A stretch of 64,000 bases of DNA, taken from NCBI GenBank assembly GCA_049647485.1, contig JBARXT010000197.1:184-64183 (forward strand), read 5' to 3'. Below the pieces are notes generated by a model that was not told where the DNA came from, ran no database searches, and saw only the letters and a program-made list of their open reading frames with translations. The position numbers and the translations under genes were made by a program. Positions 47,833 to 58,371 of the stretch are shown here, piece by piece; position 1 is the stretch's first letter; each line of letters opens with the position of its first letter. This DNA is from Xanthobacteraceae bacterium. Its GTDB lineage: Bacteria > Pseudomonadota > Alphaproteobacteria > Rhizobiales > Xanthobacteraceae.

Positions 47833-48548
47833 GCCGCCTGCCCTCCAAGATAGGCTTCGATGACGCGCGAATCATTCAGTACCTCGCGTGTGGTGGCGTC
47901 GATGACGACGGCGCCGGCATTCATGCAGACGGCGCGCGGGCAAAGTTCGACCACCACCGGCATGTCGTGACTGACGAGGATGAAGGTCTGCCCTTTATCG
48001 TGACGCGAGCGAATGAAGGCTCCCATGATCTCCTTCATGGTCGGATGCACGGCGGCAAACGGCTCGTCGAGCAATGCGATGCGTGGCGGCACCATGAAGC
48101 AGACGCCAAATTCAAGCAGTTTCATCTGTCCACCGGACAGTTGCCCTGCATCGAGATGGCGCACCACATCGAGCCGCAATTCGCTGATCAACGCGTCGGC
48201 GCGCGACAGGGCATCGTCGGCACCAAGACCCAATGCACGCCCAGCCACCAGCAGATTGTCGATGACGTTCATGCGTCGAAATACGCGGGTAAGCTGGAAC
48301 ATCCGCATGACGCCGCGATGTGCCAGCCGCTCCGGCGTGAGGCCGTGACAGGGCGTCCCGTCGAGCAGAATCTCTCCACCGTCCGGCTCGGCCAATCCGC
48401 TCAGAATGTTGAGCAGCGTGGTCTTGCCCGAGCCATTGGGGCCGATCAGTCCCACGAGTTCGCCGGCCGCAACGTCAAACGACACATTGTCGACGGCAGT
48501 GAGGCCACCGAACCGCTTGCTGACGCCTCGCACGGACAAAAGTGTCAT
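47829..48548 (-). CDS. ABC transporter ATP-binding protein (LivG-like)
   Basis: From ORF 47829..48674. The start MTLLSVRGVSKRFGG at 48548 overlaps the upstream stop (ATGA). GPNGSGKTT and LSGGQMKLLEF are present. Confidence 0.85.
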   Translation of the reverse strand: MTLLSVRGVSKRFGGLTAVDNVSFDVAAGELVGLIGPNGSGKTTLLNILSGLAEPDGGEILLDGTPCHGLTPERLAHRGVMRMFQLTRVFRRMNVIDNLLVAGRALGLGADDALSRADALISELRLDVVRHLDAGQLSGGQMKLLEFGVCFMVPPRIALLDEPFAAVHPTMKEIMGAFIRSRHDKGQTFILVSHDMPVVVELCPRAVCMNAGAVVIDATTREVLNDSRVIEAYLGGQAA

Positions 48549-49531
48549 GCCCGCCCCCAGCGTTGTACGGCCGCCCTGGCCAGTCCCCAGAGGCCCTCGC
48601 GGAAGAAACGCGCGAAGATGACGACCAGCGCAGCGAACACCACGAGTTGATAACCGCCGACGTCGCGCAGCCATTCCGACAGCACGTAAACCAGGAATGC
48701 CGCGACCAGCGGGCCCGCGAGCGTACCCATGCCGCCGATCACCGTCATGCTGACGATCAGGCCGGTCTGACCGATGAGGCCCAGTTCGGGCGTCACCAGT
48801 TCAGCGAAGTGCGCATAGAGCGCGCCGGCGAAACCGGAAGCCGCCGCCGAAATGGCGAAGGCCGCCGTCTTCCAGAATACCACGTTGACCCCCGCGCGAC
48901 GTGCCGCGACCTCATCATCACGGATCGCTTGCAGGAACAGCCCGGCCTTGGAACGCAGCAGCATGTAGAACAGGATGAGCAACGCCACCAGCACACCGAG
49001 AAACAGATAATACCAGCCGATCCGGCTGTTCATCAGCCCGGCAACGCCGAGCCCAAGATCGCCGCGCGTGATGTCGATCGAGTTCGAGGCGACGAGCCGC
49101 ATGATTTCGGCGAAGCTCAGGGTGGTGAGTGCGAGATACGGCCCGACCAGGCGCAGCACGGCGCGGCCAAGCAGCAGACCCACCAGGCCCGAGACGATGA
49201 CGGCAGCAACGATGCCGAGAAGCGGCGGCACGCCAAGATAGTGGTTGAGCAGGCCCGTAGTGTAGGCGCCGATCATGGCGAAGGTCGCCGGCGCCAGCGA
49301 GAATTGCCCGGTATAGCCCGCCAGCAGATTCCAGCCGCCGGCGAGGATCGCGAAATACATCGAGACGATCAGCACGCCAAGCCAATAGGGATTGCTGACG
49401 CCGAGCGGGATCAGCGCGACGATCGCCATCGCCACCAGCGCGGCGCGGAACTCCACCGTGGTTTTGGTGTTGGAGAGCTGCGCGCCGGACGGCTTGGCGG
49501 CGGGCGATGTTGCGGATGACGGCGCCATCAC
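48545..49531 (-). CDS. ABC transporter permease (LivM-like)
   Basis: 328 aa, hydrophobic. It has the core LLAGYTGQFSLAPATFAMIGAY and overlaps both neighbouring genes by 4 nt. Confidence 0.9.
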   Translation of the reverse strand: MMAPSSATSPAAKPSGAQLSNTKTTVEFRAALVAMAIVALIPLGVSNPYWLGVLIVSMYFAILAGGWNLLAGYTGQFSLAPATFAMIGAYTTGLLNHYLGVPPLLGIVAAVIVSGLVGLLLGRAVLRLVGPYLALTTLSFAEIMRLVASNSIDITRGDLGLGVAGLMNSRIGWYYLFLGVLVALLILFYMLLRSKAGLFLQAIRDDEVAARRAGVNVVFWKTAAFAISAAASGFAGALYAHFAELVTPELGLIGQTGLIVSMTVIGGMGTLAGPLVAAFLVYVLSEWLRDVGGYQLVVFAALVVIFARFFREGLWGLARAAVQRWGRA

Positions 49532-50424
49532 ACCTCCCGTCCCTTTTCACCGAACAAACCTTGCGGACGGAACAGCAGGAACAGCATCAGCAGAATGAGG
49601 CCGAACGCATCGCGATACTGAAAGGAGATGTACACCGCGCCAAAACTCTCGATAACGCCCAGCAACAGGCTGGCAATGATGGCGCCCGGCACCGAGCCCA
49701 TGCCGCCGAGGACGACAATGATGTAGGACTTGATGGCCGGGAAAATACCGACGTCCGGCGAGGCATTGATTACCGGCGACAATAGCGCGCCGGCAAACGC
49801 CGCAAGCCCGCCCGACAGCATAAAGACAATGACGCTGGCCTTCGCGGTATCGATACCGGCCAGCGACGCACCGAGCCGGTTCTGTGACACGGCGCGGATC
49901 TGCTGGCCCCAGAACGACCATTTGATCAGCGCCGCCGTGATGGCGATGACGGCGATGGCGATGCCCGCGGCCAGCAGCCGATGGCCGCTGATCAGCACCG
50001 GGCCGAGCACCACGCGGCTGGCCTCTACCAGCGGCGGGCCGCGATAGGCATAAGGTCCGATCACCTTGTCTACGAAGTTGATCAGGAACAGCGAGAGACC
50101 GAACGTGACGATCACCGCGTATTCATCGCGCATCAAGCCCCACGAGGTGTAACCGGCGTAGAGCGGACGCATCAACGTCCGCTCCGTCAGCCAACCGAGC
50201 AGCGCGCCGACCATGAAGGCGAGCGGCAACGCGATCCACACCGGCACGCCGAGCGCCAGCGCGATCAGCGTATAGGCATAGGCGCCTACCATGTAGAACT
50301 CGCCGTGGGCGAAGTTCACGATCTTCAGGATGCCGAAGATCAGCGACAGGCCGATGGCCATCAGCGCATAGAACAGCCCCGTGATGAGGCCGTTCACCGC
50401 AAGATCGACGTCGATGCCACTCAT
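49528..50424 (-). CDS. ABC transporter permease (LivH-like)
   Basis: 298 aa. It has the motif INGLITGLFYALMAIGLSLIFG. Confidence 0.9.
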   Translation of the reverse strand: MSGIDVDLAVNGLITGLFYALMAIGLSLIFGILKIVNFAHGEFYMVGAYAYTLIALALGVPVWIALPLAFMVGALLGWLTERTLMRPLYAGYTSWGLMRDEYAVIVTFGLSLFLINFVDKVIGPYAYRGPPLVEASRVVLGPVLISGHRLLAAGIAIAVIAITAALIKWSFWGQQIRAVSQNRLGASLAGIDTAKASVIVFMLSGGLAAFAGALLSPVINASPDVGIFPAIKSYIIVVLGGMGSVPGAIIASLLLGVIESFGAVYISFQYRDAFGLILLMLFLLFRPQGLFGEKGREV

Positions 50425-50461
50425 GAAGCAGGCCAGCCTATCAACAAGGAAATAGCCCGCG

Positions 50462-51691
50462 TTACTTCGCGGGCTTCCAGAGCTTGGCCTTGTCGAGCGC
50501 CTGGCCCGGCTGCGACACCAGCGCGGAATCGCCGACCTTCTGATTGATCTCGGTGAGCTGGAACGTCACGTAAGGCACGTCCAGCCACTGGTTGAAGGCG
50601 TAACCCTTGTCCTTCGAGAAGGTGACCTCGCCGCGTGTGCCAGTGTACTTGGTTTCACCCAGCGCCTTGATCAGCGCCTCGGAGTCGGTGGACTTGGCGC
50701 GCTTGATGGCGTCCGCGATCAGGAACAGTGAGTCGGCGGCCTGGAACAGCAGGCGGTTCGGTTCATTCTTGGTTTTGGCGGTGTAGGCATCGCCCACCTG
50801 CTTGCCAAGCGCCGGCTGCGCCATCTTCGGATGGTAGAGACCGAACACCAGCATGCCCTTGCCGGCTTCCTTCACGTTCTGCCAGAAGTCCGGATAGTCG
50901 GCGAGGCCGGAACCGTCATAGAGCCAGGTCTTGGCCGAGGGCGCGACGCCCTGCTCGTAAAGCTGGTTCATCATGATGTAGGCTGCGGGCGGCAGCATCA
51001 GGTTGATGATGGCGTCGGGCGCGTTTGCGCGCATCGGCAGGATGGCCGGGAGGAAATCCTTCGAGGCGCGATCCAGCGTTTCGTACTTGTATTGAACATC
51101 GGGCGCGATCTTCTTCAGCGCTTCCCCGATCGCCTTCGCAAGGCCAATGCCGTAGTCGGTGTTCTCGGCGATGGAGACGACGCTCTTGACGCCCAAATCC
51201 TTCATCGTCGCAGCAGCGGCGCTGCCGACGCGGCTGTTGTAGTTGCCCGGATTGAAGACTTCCGGATAACCCTTCTCGCGAATGACGTCGGACCAGCCAT
51301 TGGTGTTGACGTAGGGAATCTTGTAGCGGTGCGCGACTTCGATGCCAGCCAATGCCGCAGAACTCTGATGCTCGCCGGTGATCGCCACCACCTTGTCGCG
51401 GGTCGCGAGCTTTTCGACCGCGGCACGCGCCTTCTCCGGCAGCCCTTGGGTGTCTTCGATCACCAGTTCGATCTTGCGGCCGTCGACGCCGCCGGCATCG
51501 TTGATGATCTTGGCGGCGACTTCCAAACCGTCCTTGACCTGGGTGCCCTGCACCACCGAACCGGGAGGCGATTGCGTGATGGTGACGCCGACCTTGATCG
51601 GATCGGCGGCCTGCGCTCCGGCGACCGGAAGCATGATCGCCGCAACCGTCAGCGCGACACCCAGCATATCTCGACGCAGTAAACCTGCCAT
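50462..51691 (-). CDS. ABC transporter periplasmic substrate-binding protein (type I PBP)
   Basis: 409 aa. The signal-like N-terminus ends in VAGAQA and is followed by DPIKVGV. Confidence 0.9.
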   Translation of the reverse strand: MAGLLRRDMLGVALTVAAIMLPVAGAQAADPIKVGVTITQSPPGSVVQGTQVKDGLEVAAKIINDAGGVDGRKIELVIEDTQGLPEKARAAVEKLATRDKVVAITGEHQSSAALAGIEVAHRYKIPYVNTNGWSDVIREKGYPEVFNPGNYNSRVGSAAAATMKDLGVKSVVSIAENTDYGIGLAKAIGEALKKIAPDVQYKYETLDRASKDFLPAILPMRANAPDAIINLMLPPAAYIMMNQLYEQGVAPSAKTWLYDGSGLADYPDFWQNVKEAGKGMLVFGLYHPKMAQPALGKQVGDAYTAKTKNEPNRLLFQAADSLFLIADAIKRAKSTDSEALIKALGETKYTGTRGEVTFSKDKGYAFNQWLDVPYVTFQLTEINQKVGDSALVSQPGQALDKAKLWKPAK

Positions 51692-51854
51692 TTCGTGACC
51701 TCCCCCTTCGGATCAGCATCCCTGATGCTTGTTGTTCAGATCATGTTACCGCGATTATGCGCAAAGACTTTTCGATTTGAAACATCATTTTCGTCTAAGA
51801 GCTGCGCGATTTTGCTGCACGTCTCGCATTGCGAGAAGCCGCGCTCACGATAAT

Positions 51855-52874
51855 TCACGCCGATGGCAGCGCTGTCCGGAGAAACGCGTCACGCAACGGC
51901 TGGCCCTGCAGCCCCCCGCCAAGAAGCAGCGACAGCAGCAACCGCGCCTTCAAGCCGCCCAACGCGCCGCCGGGAATGAGGCCACGCCCGAGCAGATCGG
52001 TTTCCGAACCGGGAAAACCGTAAGTCCTGGCAAACACCGGCCCCGAGGCGACGCGCGAACTGAGTACAACCGGAAAGACATCCGTCAGGCTTGCGAGTGC
52101 GTCCGCCATCGCGGCCGGGACGTGCCCCACGCCCATCGCCTCGATGACAAGGCCGCGATAGCCGAGCGCCGGCAGGCCTGCGAGCATCCGGCCATCGTCG
52201 CCAAGGGCAGCCGTGATCAGCGCGACCGGCTTATCCGTTCCTGCGTCACCTCCGGCAATAATACTGCTGCGCGTGACGCGAAGGTTGATCCGCGCCGCGC
52301 CTTCGATGACGCTGCCGAGAGGTCCGCCCGATAACGACGCGAATGTCGAGGGCAAAAACGTGCTCGCCTTCTGCACGAAGCGCGCGGCGTGAATGGTATC
52401 GTTCAAAACCACCAGCGTCCCGAGTCCGCGCGCCGCCAGCGACGTGGCGACGATGGCGCTGGCCAATAGATTGGCCGGTCCGTCGGCTCCCGGCGCTTCA
52501 GCGCCACGCATCGCGCCGGTAACGATCACCGGCTTGTCGCCGCCGACAAGGCAATCGAGCACGAACGCCGTTTCCTCGATGGTGTCGGTGCCCTGAACAA
52601 TGATGGCGCCCGCGATGTCGCCGGCCAGTCTTTCATTCAGAAGCCGCGCGACCTCCCGTAAATGCGCAAAGGTGAGCGACGGCCCGGGCAGGCGGAACGG
52701 CGAAATTGCCTCGATTTCCGCCACCTCGGCCAGCGCAGGCACCGCGCGCACGAGGTCGGCCCCGGTCAAGGTCGGCACTATGCCGGGCCCCGCGCCCGAC
52801 GTCATCGTGATCGTTCCGCCCAGCGAGACGAGCAAAACTTTGGGTTGCCCGGCTGAAGCTGCCGCCATTTTCAA
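51855..52874 (-). CDS. L-asparaginase family protein
   Basis: 339 aa. The nucleophile block is VSLGGTITM and the second signature is VQGTDTIEETA. Confidence 0.85.
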   Translation of the reverse strand: MKMAAASAGQPKVLLVSLGGTITMTSGAGPGIVPTLTGADLVRAVPALAEVAEIEAISPFRLPGPSLTFAHLREVARLLNERLAGDIAGAIIVQGTDTIEETAFVLDCLVGGDKPVIVTGAMRGAEAPGADGPANLLASAIVATSLAARGLGTLVVLNDTIHAARFVQKASTFLPSTFASLSGGPLGSVIEGAARINLRVTRSSIIAGGDAGTDKPVALITAALGDDGRMLAGLPALGYRGLVIEAMGVGHVPAAMADALASLTDVFPVVLSSRVASGPVFARTYGFPGSETDLLGRGLIPGGALGGLKARLLLSLLLGGGLQGQPLRDAFLRTALPSA

Positions 52875-53009
52875 CTATTCCCGATGCGTGGCGCATACAA
52901 CCAAACGCGGCGCCGGCCACATCGACGCTCCAATGCGTTATAGCGTTTTCGCGCCGGTTGAATAGTCGTTGGCCTCAGAGCCCGACCAAGCTGCGTTCCG
53001 GTTTTCGGT

Positions 53010-53690
53010 TCAGGACACCACCGGAAGCACGTCGATGCCATAACCGTGCGTCAGCGAGCGCTTCAGCACCGGATCGTGCAGTTCCATCTCAAACCGCGCG
53101 GCGGGGCGGATGCCGCCGATGGCGCCGGGCGTGCCGCAGAACATCAGCGTGCCGGGCGGCAAGGTCTCAGCATTGGCATATTTGCGGATGAGGTCACGCG
53201 GCGTGCGCAGGCTCGACACCGCGCTGTCCTGATAGAGCACGCGCTGGCCCTCGATCGTCGCCCATGAGCGCAGTACGAGGCTGTCCCAATGGCCTTCGAC
53301 TTCGGCATAGGACCAGAGCTGCCGCCCGACCGGCTTGCCGCAAAGCTGCTTCGACAGTGCGATGCCGAAAGTTTCCGCCTTGCGGTCGGTATGGTCGGAG
53401 CCGATGCCGATCCACAAGCCGTCCGCCAGCGCGATCACCACCGGTTCGACCTCGCCGGAGCTATCGGGTCCGAGCACGACCAGCTTGTCGGCTTGCGTCA
53501 ACGTCTGCGCCGCGACACGATAATAGAGCGGCGTGGTCGAAGGTCGCGGCACGCCGATGGCTGCCAATTCCTCGATGTGATGCTCGATCGCCGCGACGTC
53601 GCGCCCTGCCCATCCGGCGATCACCAGCGTCTCGATCGACAATCCGACCCGGTCAGTCCCATCCTTCGTGATACGATCAAACTGCAACAT
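53010..53690 (-). CDS. DUF2848-like protein (FAH-fold-like)
   Basis: From ORF 53010..53873, trimmed to MLQFDRITKDG at 53690, overlapping the upstream ATPase gene by 14 nt. The LVIAGWAGRD...HHIEELAAIGVPRPS pattern matches my recollection of DUF2848. Confidence 0.55.
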   Translation of the reverse strand: MLQFDRITKDGTDRVGLSIETLVIAGWAGRDVAAIEHHIEELAAIGVPRPSTTPLYYRVAAQTLTQADKLVVLGPDSSGEVEPVVIALADGLWIGIGSDHTDRKAETFGIALSKQLCGKPVGRQLWSYAEVEGHWDSLVLRSWATIEGQRVLYQDSAVSSLRTPRDLIRKYANAETLPPGTLMFCGTPGAIGGIRPAARFEMELHDPVLKRSLTHGYGIDVLPVVS

Positions 53691-54372
53691 CTTCGGTCCT
53701 CGGTGATCCTGCCGGTTGTTCTGAAATCTCGCCGCGCTCGATCTGCAAGGTGCGGTCGGCAATCGCATCGAGCAGCGCGGGCGTGGATTCTGTGATGAGC
53801 AGCGCCAGTTCGGGGCGATGCTTGCGTAATTCGCCCAGCGTGCGCGCATAATCCAGCGCCAGCGCCGGGGCAAGGCCCTGAAACGGCTCGTCGAGCAGCA
53901 GTACCGTGCGCGCGACCATCAGCGCTCGGCCGAGCGCAACCATCTTGCCCTGGCCACCGGAAACGCCGCCGCCCGACCGCTTGCGCAGATCGCGCAACTG
54001 CGGAAGGAACGTGTAGATCTCCTCGAGCCGGCTGCTCAACTCGCCCTTGCCGAGATTGAGCGCGAGGCCCGGCAGCCGGATATTTTCCTCGATACTCATT
54101 TCCGGCACCAGCCGACGATCTTCCGGCGCATAGCCGATGCCGGCCCGCGCGCGGTAATGCGCCGGGTGCTTGCGCAGATCGTCGCCGTCGAGCCGGATAT
54201 CGCCGCCGTCGACGGCAAGCAGTCCCATGATAGCCCGCAGCGTCGTGGTTTTCCCGGCGCCGTTGCGGCCGATCAGGATCGTGGTCTTGCACTCAACAAT
54301 CTCGCAGCTCACGCCGCGCAGCACGCGGACGCCTTCGATCGAGACTTGAACCTTGTCGAGAACGAGCCTCAT
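53677..54372 (-). CDS. ABC transporter ATP-binding protein (LivF-like)
   Basis: 231 aa. GRNGAGKTT, VSGGQGKM and VLLLDEPF are present. Confidence 0.9.
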   Translation of the reverse strand: MRLVLDKVQVSIEGVRVLRGVSCEIVECKTTILIGRNGAGKTTTLRAIMGLLAVDGGDIRLDGDDLRKHPAHYRARAGIGYAPEDRRLVPEMSIEENIRLPGLALNLGKGELSSRLEEIYTFLPQLRDLRKRSGGGVSGGQGKMVALGRALMVARTVLLLDEPFQGLAPALALDYARTLGELRKHRPELALLITESTPALLDAIADRTLQIERGEISEQPAGSPRTEDVAV

Positions 54373-55115
54373 GCGACACCTACGACATTCTTCAGAACGC
54401 GCTCGTCCTTGAATACCTCATCGGGATGGCCCTGCGCCATGACGGTTCCGGCATTCCAGACCAGCACGCGGTCGGCGTAACGCGCCACCACGTCCATGTC
54501 ATGCTCGACGAACAGCGCGGTGATGTTGCGAGATCGCAGCGCGCTCATCAGTGCCTCCATCAGCGAGAAGCGCTCCAGCGTGCTGACGCCGCTGGTCGGC
54601 TCGTCGAGCAGCAGCAGACGCGGCTTCAGCGCCAACGCCACCGCGATGTCGAGCAACTTGCGATGCCCTTCGGGCAAGGTGCGGCTGACGCGATTCTTGT
54701 CGTCACGTAGGCCGACCAGATCGAGCAACGTGGTCGCCTCCTCGCGCCGGGCGGGCTGCGCCAGCGGACGCACCATGGTCCACAACCCGTCCTTCGCCGC
54801 CAGCGCCAGCATCATGTTGTCGAGCACGCTCTGATCGGAGAAGAGCTGCGGAATCTGAAAGGCCCGCGCGACGCCGCGCCGGGTGATGACACGCGGTGAC
54901 AATCCGGTGATGGCGCGGCCGTCGAGATGAATGCTGCCCGACGTCGGCCGCACGTAACCCGTGCACAGATTGAGCAAGGTGGTCTTGCCTGATCCGTTCG
55001 GGCCGATCACGGCGAGGAATTCACCGTCATTGATATCGAGGCTGACGCCGTCAGCGGCCTTCACGCCGTTGAATTCGACGTGCAGATCTCTCACCTGCAA
55101 AATGGACGTGCTCAT
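54369..55115 (-). CDS. ABC transporter ATP-binding protein (LivG-like)
   Basis: 248 aa. GPNGSGKTT and LLLLDEPTSG are present. Confidence 0.9.
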   Translation of the reverse strand: MSTSILQVRDLHVEFNGVKAADGVSLDINDGEFLAVIGPNGSGKTTLLNLCTGYVRPTSGSIHLDGRAITGLSPRVITRRGVARAFQIPQLFSDQSVLDNMMLALAAKDGLWTMVRPLAQPARREEATTLLDLVGLRDDKNRVSRTLPEGHRKLLDIAVALALKPRLLLLDEPTSGVSTLERFSLMEALMSALRSRNITALFVEHDMDVVARYADRVLVWNAGTVMAQGHPDEVFKDERVLKNVVGVA

Positions 55116-56035
55116 TTCGCCGAGACCTCGCTGCGGGTGAGAAGGCCGTACAGGCCTTTCGGCAGGAACATGATGACACCGATCAGCGCCGCGCCGACGA
55201 TCAGGTTCCAGGCATCGGTGAACGCTGCCGCCTCGGTGTGGAGCAATTCGAGGAAGAATGCGCCGATGAAGGCGCCCGGCACACCGCCGATGCCGCCGAG
55301 CACTGCGACAAGAACGAGATGCCCGGACGCGGTCCAGAACGCGAAGTCAGGCACCACGCGACCAATGGCAAATCCCGCGATCGCGCCGCCCAGCCCCGCC
55401 AACACCGCCGACACAATGTACGCAACTAGCAACACCGCCCACACCGGAACGCCGAGATATTCGAGGCGCACTTCATTGGTGTGAACCGCCGACAGCGCAT
55501 GCCCCAGCGGGCTGTCGAGATAACGATGGACCGCAAGCCCGACCAGCAGCATCAGCACGACGCTGCCGTAGAACAGCACGGCCTTGAAGGTCGGTTCGCT
55601 GAGTACGGCGCCGAAGACGGTGGGAACAGGAATGGTCATGCCGTCGGTACCGCCGGTAACGCCATAGAGCTTGGCGAACAGCGCGTAGAACACCATCGAC
55701 ACCGCGAGATTGAGCATCGCGAAGAAGATCGCGCGGTAGCGGATGAGGAATGCGCCGACCACCGCGCCTGCCAGTCCGGTGATGACGACCGAGAGCACGA
55801 GCAGCACGCCGAAGTCAGAAACGCCGCCGCGAGCGAGAAAGGCAACGCCATATGCGCTCGCCGCGACGAACATCGCGTGCCCGATGGAAATCATGCCGGC
55901 GCGGAGCAATACCGCGACGCCGAGCGCGGCCAACCCCTTGGCGATGGCCATAGTCAAGACGAATTGCAGCCAGGGTGCGGCCAGCGGGGCAGTAACAATG
56001 GCGAGGATCGAAACAATCAGAAGTATCGCCCGCAT
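55112..56035 (-). CDS. ABC transporter permease (LivM-like)
   Basis: 307 aa, polytopic and hydrophobic. It overlaps both neighbouring genes. Confidence 0.9.
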   Translation of the reverse strand: MRAILLIVSILAIVTAPLAAPWLQFVLTMAIAKGLAALGVAVLLRAGMISIGHAMFVAASAYGVAFLARGGVSDFGVLLVLSVVITGLAGAVVGAFLIRYRAIFFAMLNLAVSMVFYALFAKLYGVTGGTDGMTIPVPTVFGAVLSEPTFKAVLFYGSVVLMLLVGLAVHRYLDSPLGHALSAVHTNEVRLEYLGVPVWAVLLVAYIVSAVLAGLGGAIAGFAIGRVVPDFAFWTASGHLVLVAVLGGIGGVPGAFIGAFFLELLHTEAAAFTDAWNLIVGAALIGVIMFLPKGLYGLLTRSEVSAK

Positions 56036-56931
56036 CAGATTCTCCGCGTCGTGATCGCGCCGAACAGGCCGTAGGGGCGCACCAGCAGGACGATCAACAT
56101 CGCCGCATAGGGCGCGACGGCATCGAGCGACGGCACGAAGTAGATCGCCAGCACGCGCGCGAGCGCCACGATCAGCGCGGCCAGCGCCGCGCCCTCGATC
56201 TGTCCGAGCCCGCCGATGGCGGCGACCGCGAAGGCCAGCACCATCGTATCCGCGCCAAGGCCCGGCGCGACGCCGGAGGTGGGCACTGCCAGCGCGCCGC
56301 CCAGTGCCGCCAGGAAGACACCGAGCGAGAAAGCGAGAATAAAGATCTTGTTGGTGTCGACCCCGATGGATTGCGCCATCTCGCGATCCGCAACGACGGC
56401 GGTGACCAGCCGCCCAAGCCGGCTGTGTTTGATCAGCAGCCGCAAGCCGAACACAACAATGACAGCCATGGCCACGAGAAACATCTGATAGTTGAGATAA
56501 ACGACGCCGCCGATACTGGAACTTCCCATCAGGCGCATCGGCGTATCCTCGTAGAAGGACTGCACGCCGAAGACGATGCGTTGCAGATCTTCAAGGATCA
56601 GGAATAGGCCGAACGTAATCAGGATCTGGACCGCTTCCGACTTGCCATAGGTCCAGCGGACCAAGGTGCTTTCGATCAGCGGCCCGAGCACCACCGCTAC
56701 CAGCGCCGCGCTGAACAGCAGTGCGACAAACGACAGATAGGGATTCAGATGCCGGCTCGCGATGAAGGCACAGATCGACGCGGCTACATAGGCCCCGATC
56801 GAATAAAAGCTGCCGTGCGCGACGTTCAACACGCGAAGCACGTTGAAAACCAGCGTCAGCCCCACCGCCGCGAAGAAAATCAGCGCGGCGCTGGACAGCG
56901 TATCGAGCACCAGCGGAATGATGGAATTCAT
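56035..56931 (-). CDS. ABC transporter permease (LivH-like)
   Basis: 298 aa, polytopic and hydrophobic. Confidence 0.9.
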   Translation of the reverse strand: MNSIIPLVLDTLSSAALIFFAAVGLTLVFNVLRVLNVAHGSFYSIGAYVAASICAFIASRHLNPYLSFVALLFSAALVAVVLGPLIESTLVRWTYGKSEAVQILITFGLFLILEDLQRIVFGVQSFYEDTPMRLMGSSSIGGVVYLNYQMFLVAMAVIVVFGLRLLIKHSRLGRLVTAVVADREMAQSIGVDTNKIFILAFSLGVFLAALGGALAVPTSGVAPGLGADTMVLAFAVAAIGGLGQIEGAALAALIVALARVLAIYFVPSLDAVAPYAAMLIVLLVRPYGLFGAITTRRI

Positions 56932-57013
56932 CGTCCGTTCCCCTGCCCTGCAACGCCTCCCGCGGACATTCCGCGAGAGGCGCGCAGGCCTGTGGCCTTT
57001 CAGCCTGTCGGGC

Positions 57014-58312
57014 TTACTTGTAGCTGCCGGGTTTCGGCAGCGAGGCCGCGAACTCCGGCTTCAGCGTCGAGATCCAGGCGATCGGGTCCTGGCCCTCCTT
57101 CGGCATCAGAGCGTCGCCGTTGTAACGGACCATGTCGCCGATGACCGGGAAGCTCTGCGCCGACGATTTGACGGTGACGCCGACGATCTGATCAACCACG
57201 CCGTCATTGTCGGAACGGGTGTGCATCTTGCCGGTCAAGGTCGTCACGGCGCTGCCCTTCATGGCGTCCGCGAGTTCCGCGCGGCTCGGCCACTTGCCGC
57301 CGTTCTTCTTCATCGCGCTTTCATAAGCAGCTTTCACATAAAGAAGGGTGTTGGCCATCTTGATCGAGGGGAACACCGGGTATTCGCCGAAGCGTGCCTT
57401 GTAGGCATCCGCGAACTTCTTGGTTTCCGGATTGGCTGCCGCATCCGGCGACATCCACCAGCCGTCGCCGAGCACGCCGACGATCACGCCCTCTGGCAGC
57501 GGCACGCGCTGAAGCACGGTTTCGCCGAGCGCCAGGATTACCTGGCTCGAGGTGAACAGGCCGCGCGGCTGCGCCTGCCGCACGAAGTTTTCGAGATCGG
57601 CGCCCCAAAGATTGGAAAACACGACATCCGGCCGTGCCGAGGTCAGGCGCGAAATCTCGGTCTGGTAGTTCGGAGAGCCGAGCTTCGGAAACAGTTCGGC
57701 GACGATCTGAATATCCGGCTTCAATGCGTGCAGCGCCGCCTTGAAAATCTTCGCCGCGTCATGGCCGAACGCGTAGTCCGGGTTGATGATCGCGACCGTC
57801 TTCACGTCCGGCTTCTTCGCCAGAAGATAGACGGCATAGGCGATAAACTCGGGAACGGTATTGCCGTTAGGGCGGAACACGTACTTGCTCTTGCCATCCT
57901 GCAACAACTGATGCGTGTCGCAGTTCCAGCCAACGGTCGGCACCTGGAGCTGTTCGGCGATCGGCGCCAACGCGAGGCAGTTGGCGCTCGACAGCGCGGC
58001 CAGCATCACCTGATTCTTCGGCTCGGCAGCGAGTCGCCGATATTCGGTGATGACGCCCTGCGCACCCTGCGCCTCGTCCACATAAGTCGGCGCGATCTTG
58101 ACGCCGCCGATGCCGCCGGCCGCATTGATCTGCTCGATCATCAGGTCGGCCGCGTTCTTGCCGGGCATGCCATAGGCGGCCGCCGGACCGGACGTGAAGG
58201 TAAAGATGCCGAGGCCGAGCGCCTCCGGCTTTTCCTGAGCGAACGCCGGCATCGTTGCACCCAGGCAACCGACGAGTGCGAGCGTAGATAGAGCCATCTT
58301 GAACTTCATCAT
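57014..58312 (-). CDS. ABC transporter periplasmic substrate-binding protein (type I PBP)
   Basis: 432 aa. It has the signal peptide MMKFKMALSTLALVGCLGATMPAFA-QE. Confidence 0.9.
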   Translation of the reverse strand: MMKFKMALSTLALVGCLGATMPAFAQEKPEALGLGIFTFTSGPAAAYGMPGKNAADLMIEQINAAGGIGGVKIAPTYVDEAQGAQGVITEYRRLAAEPKNQVMLAALSSANCLALAPIAEQLQVPTVGWNCDTHQLLQDGKSKYVFRPNGNTVPEFIAYAVYLLAKKPDVKTVAIINPDYAFGHDAAKIFKAALHALKPDIQIVAELFPKLGSPNYQTEISRLTSARPDVVFSNLWGADLENFVRQAQPRGLFTSSQVILALGETVLQRVPLPEGVIVGVLGDGWWMSPDAAANPETKKFADAYKARFGEYPVFPSIKMANTLLYVKAAYESAMKKNGGKWPSRAELADAMKGSAVTTLTGKMHTRSDNDGVVDQIVGVTVKSSAQSFPVIGDMVRYNGDALMPKEGQDPIAWISTLKPEFAASLPKPGSYK

Positions 58313-58371
58313 ATTTCCCCTCTCGAAGTGATTCGATTATTTTTGAAAGGTCGTGTCGATCGATCCGGCAA

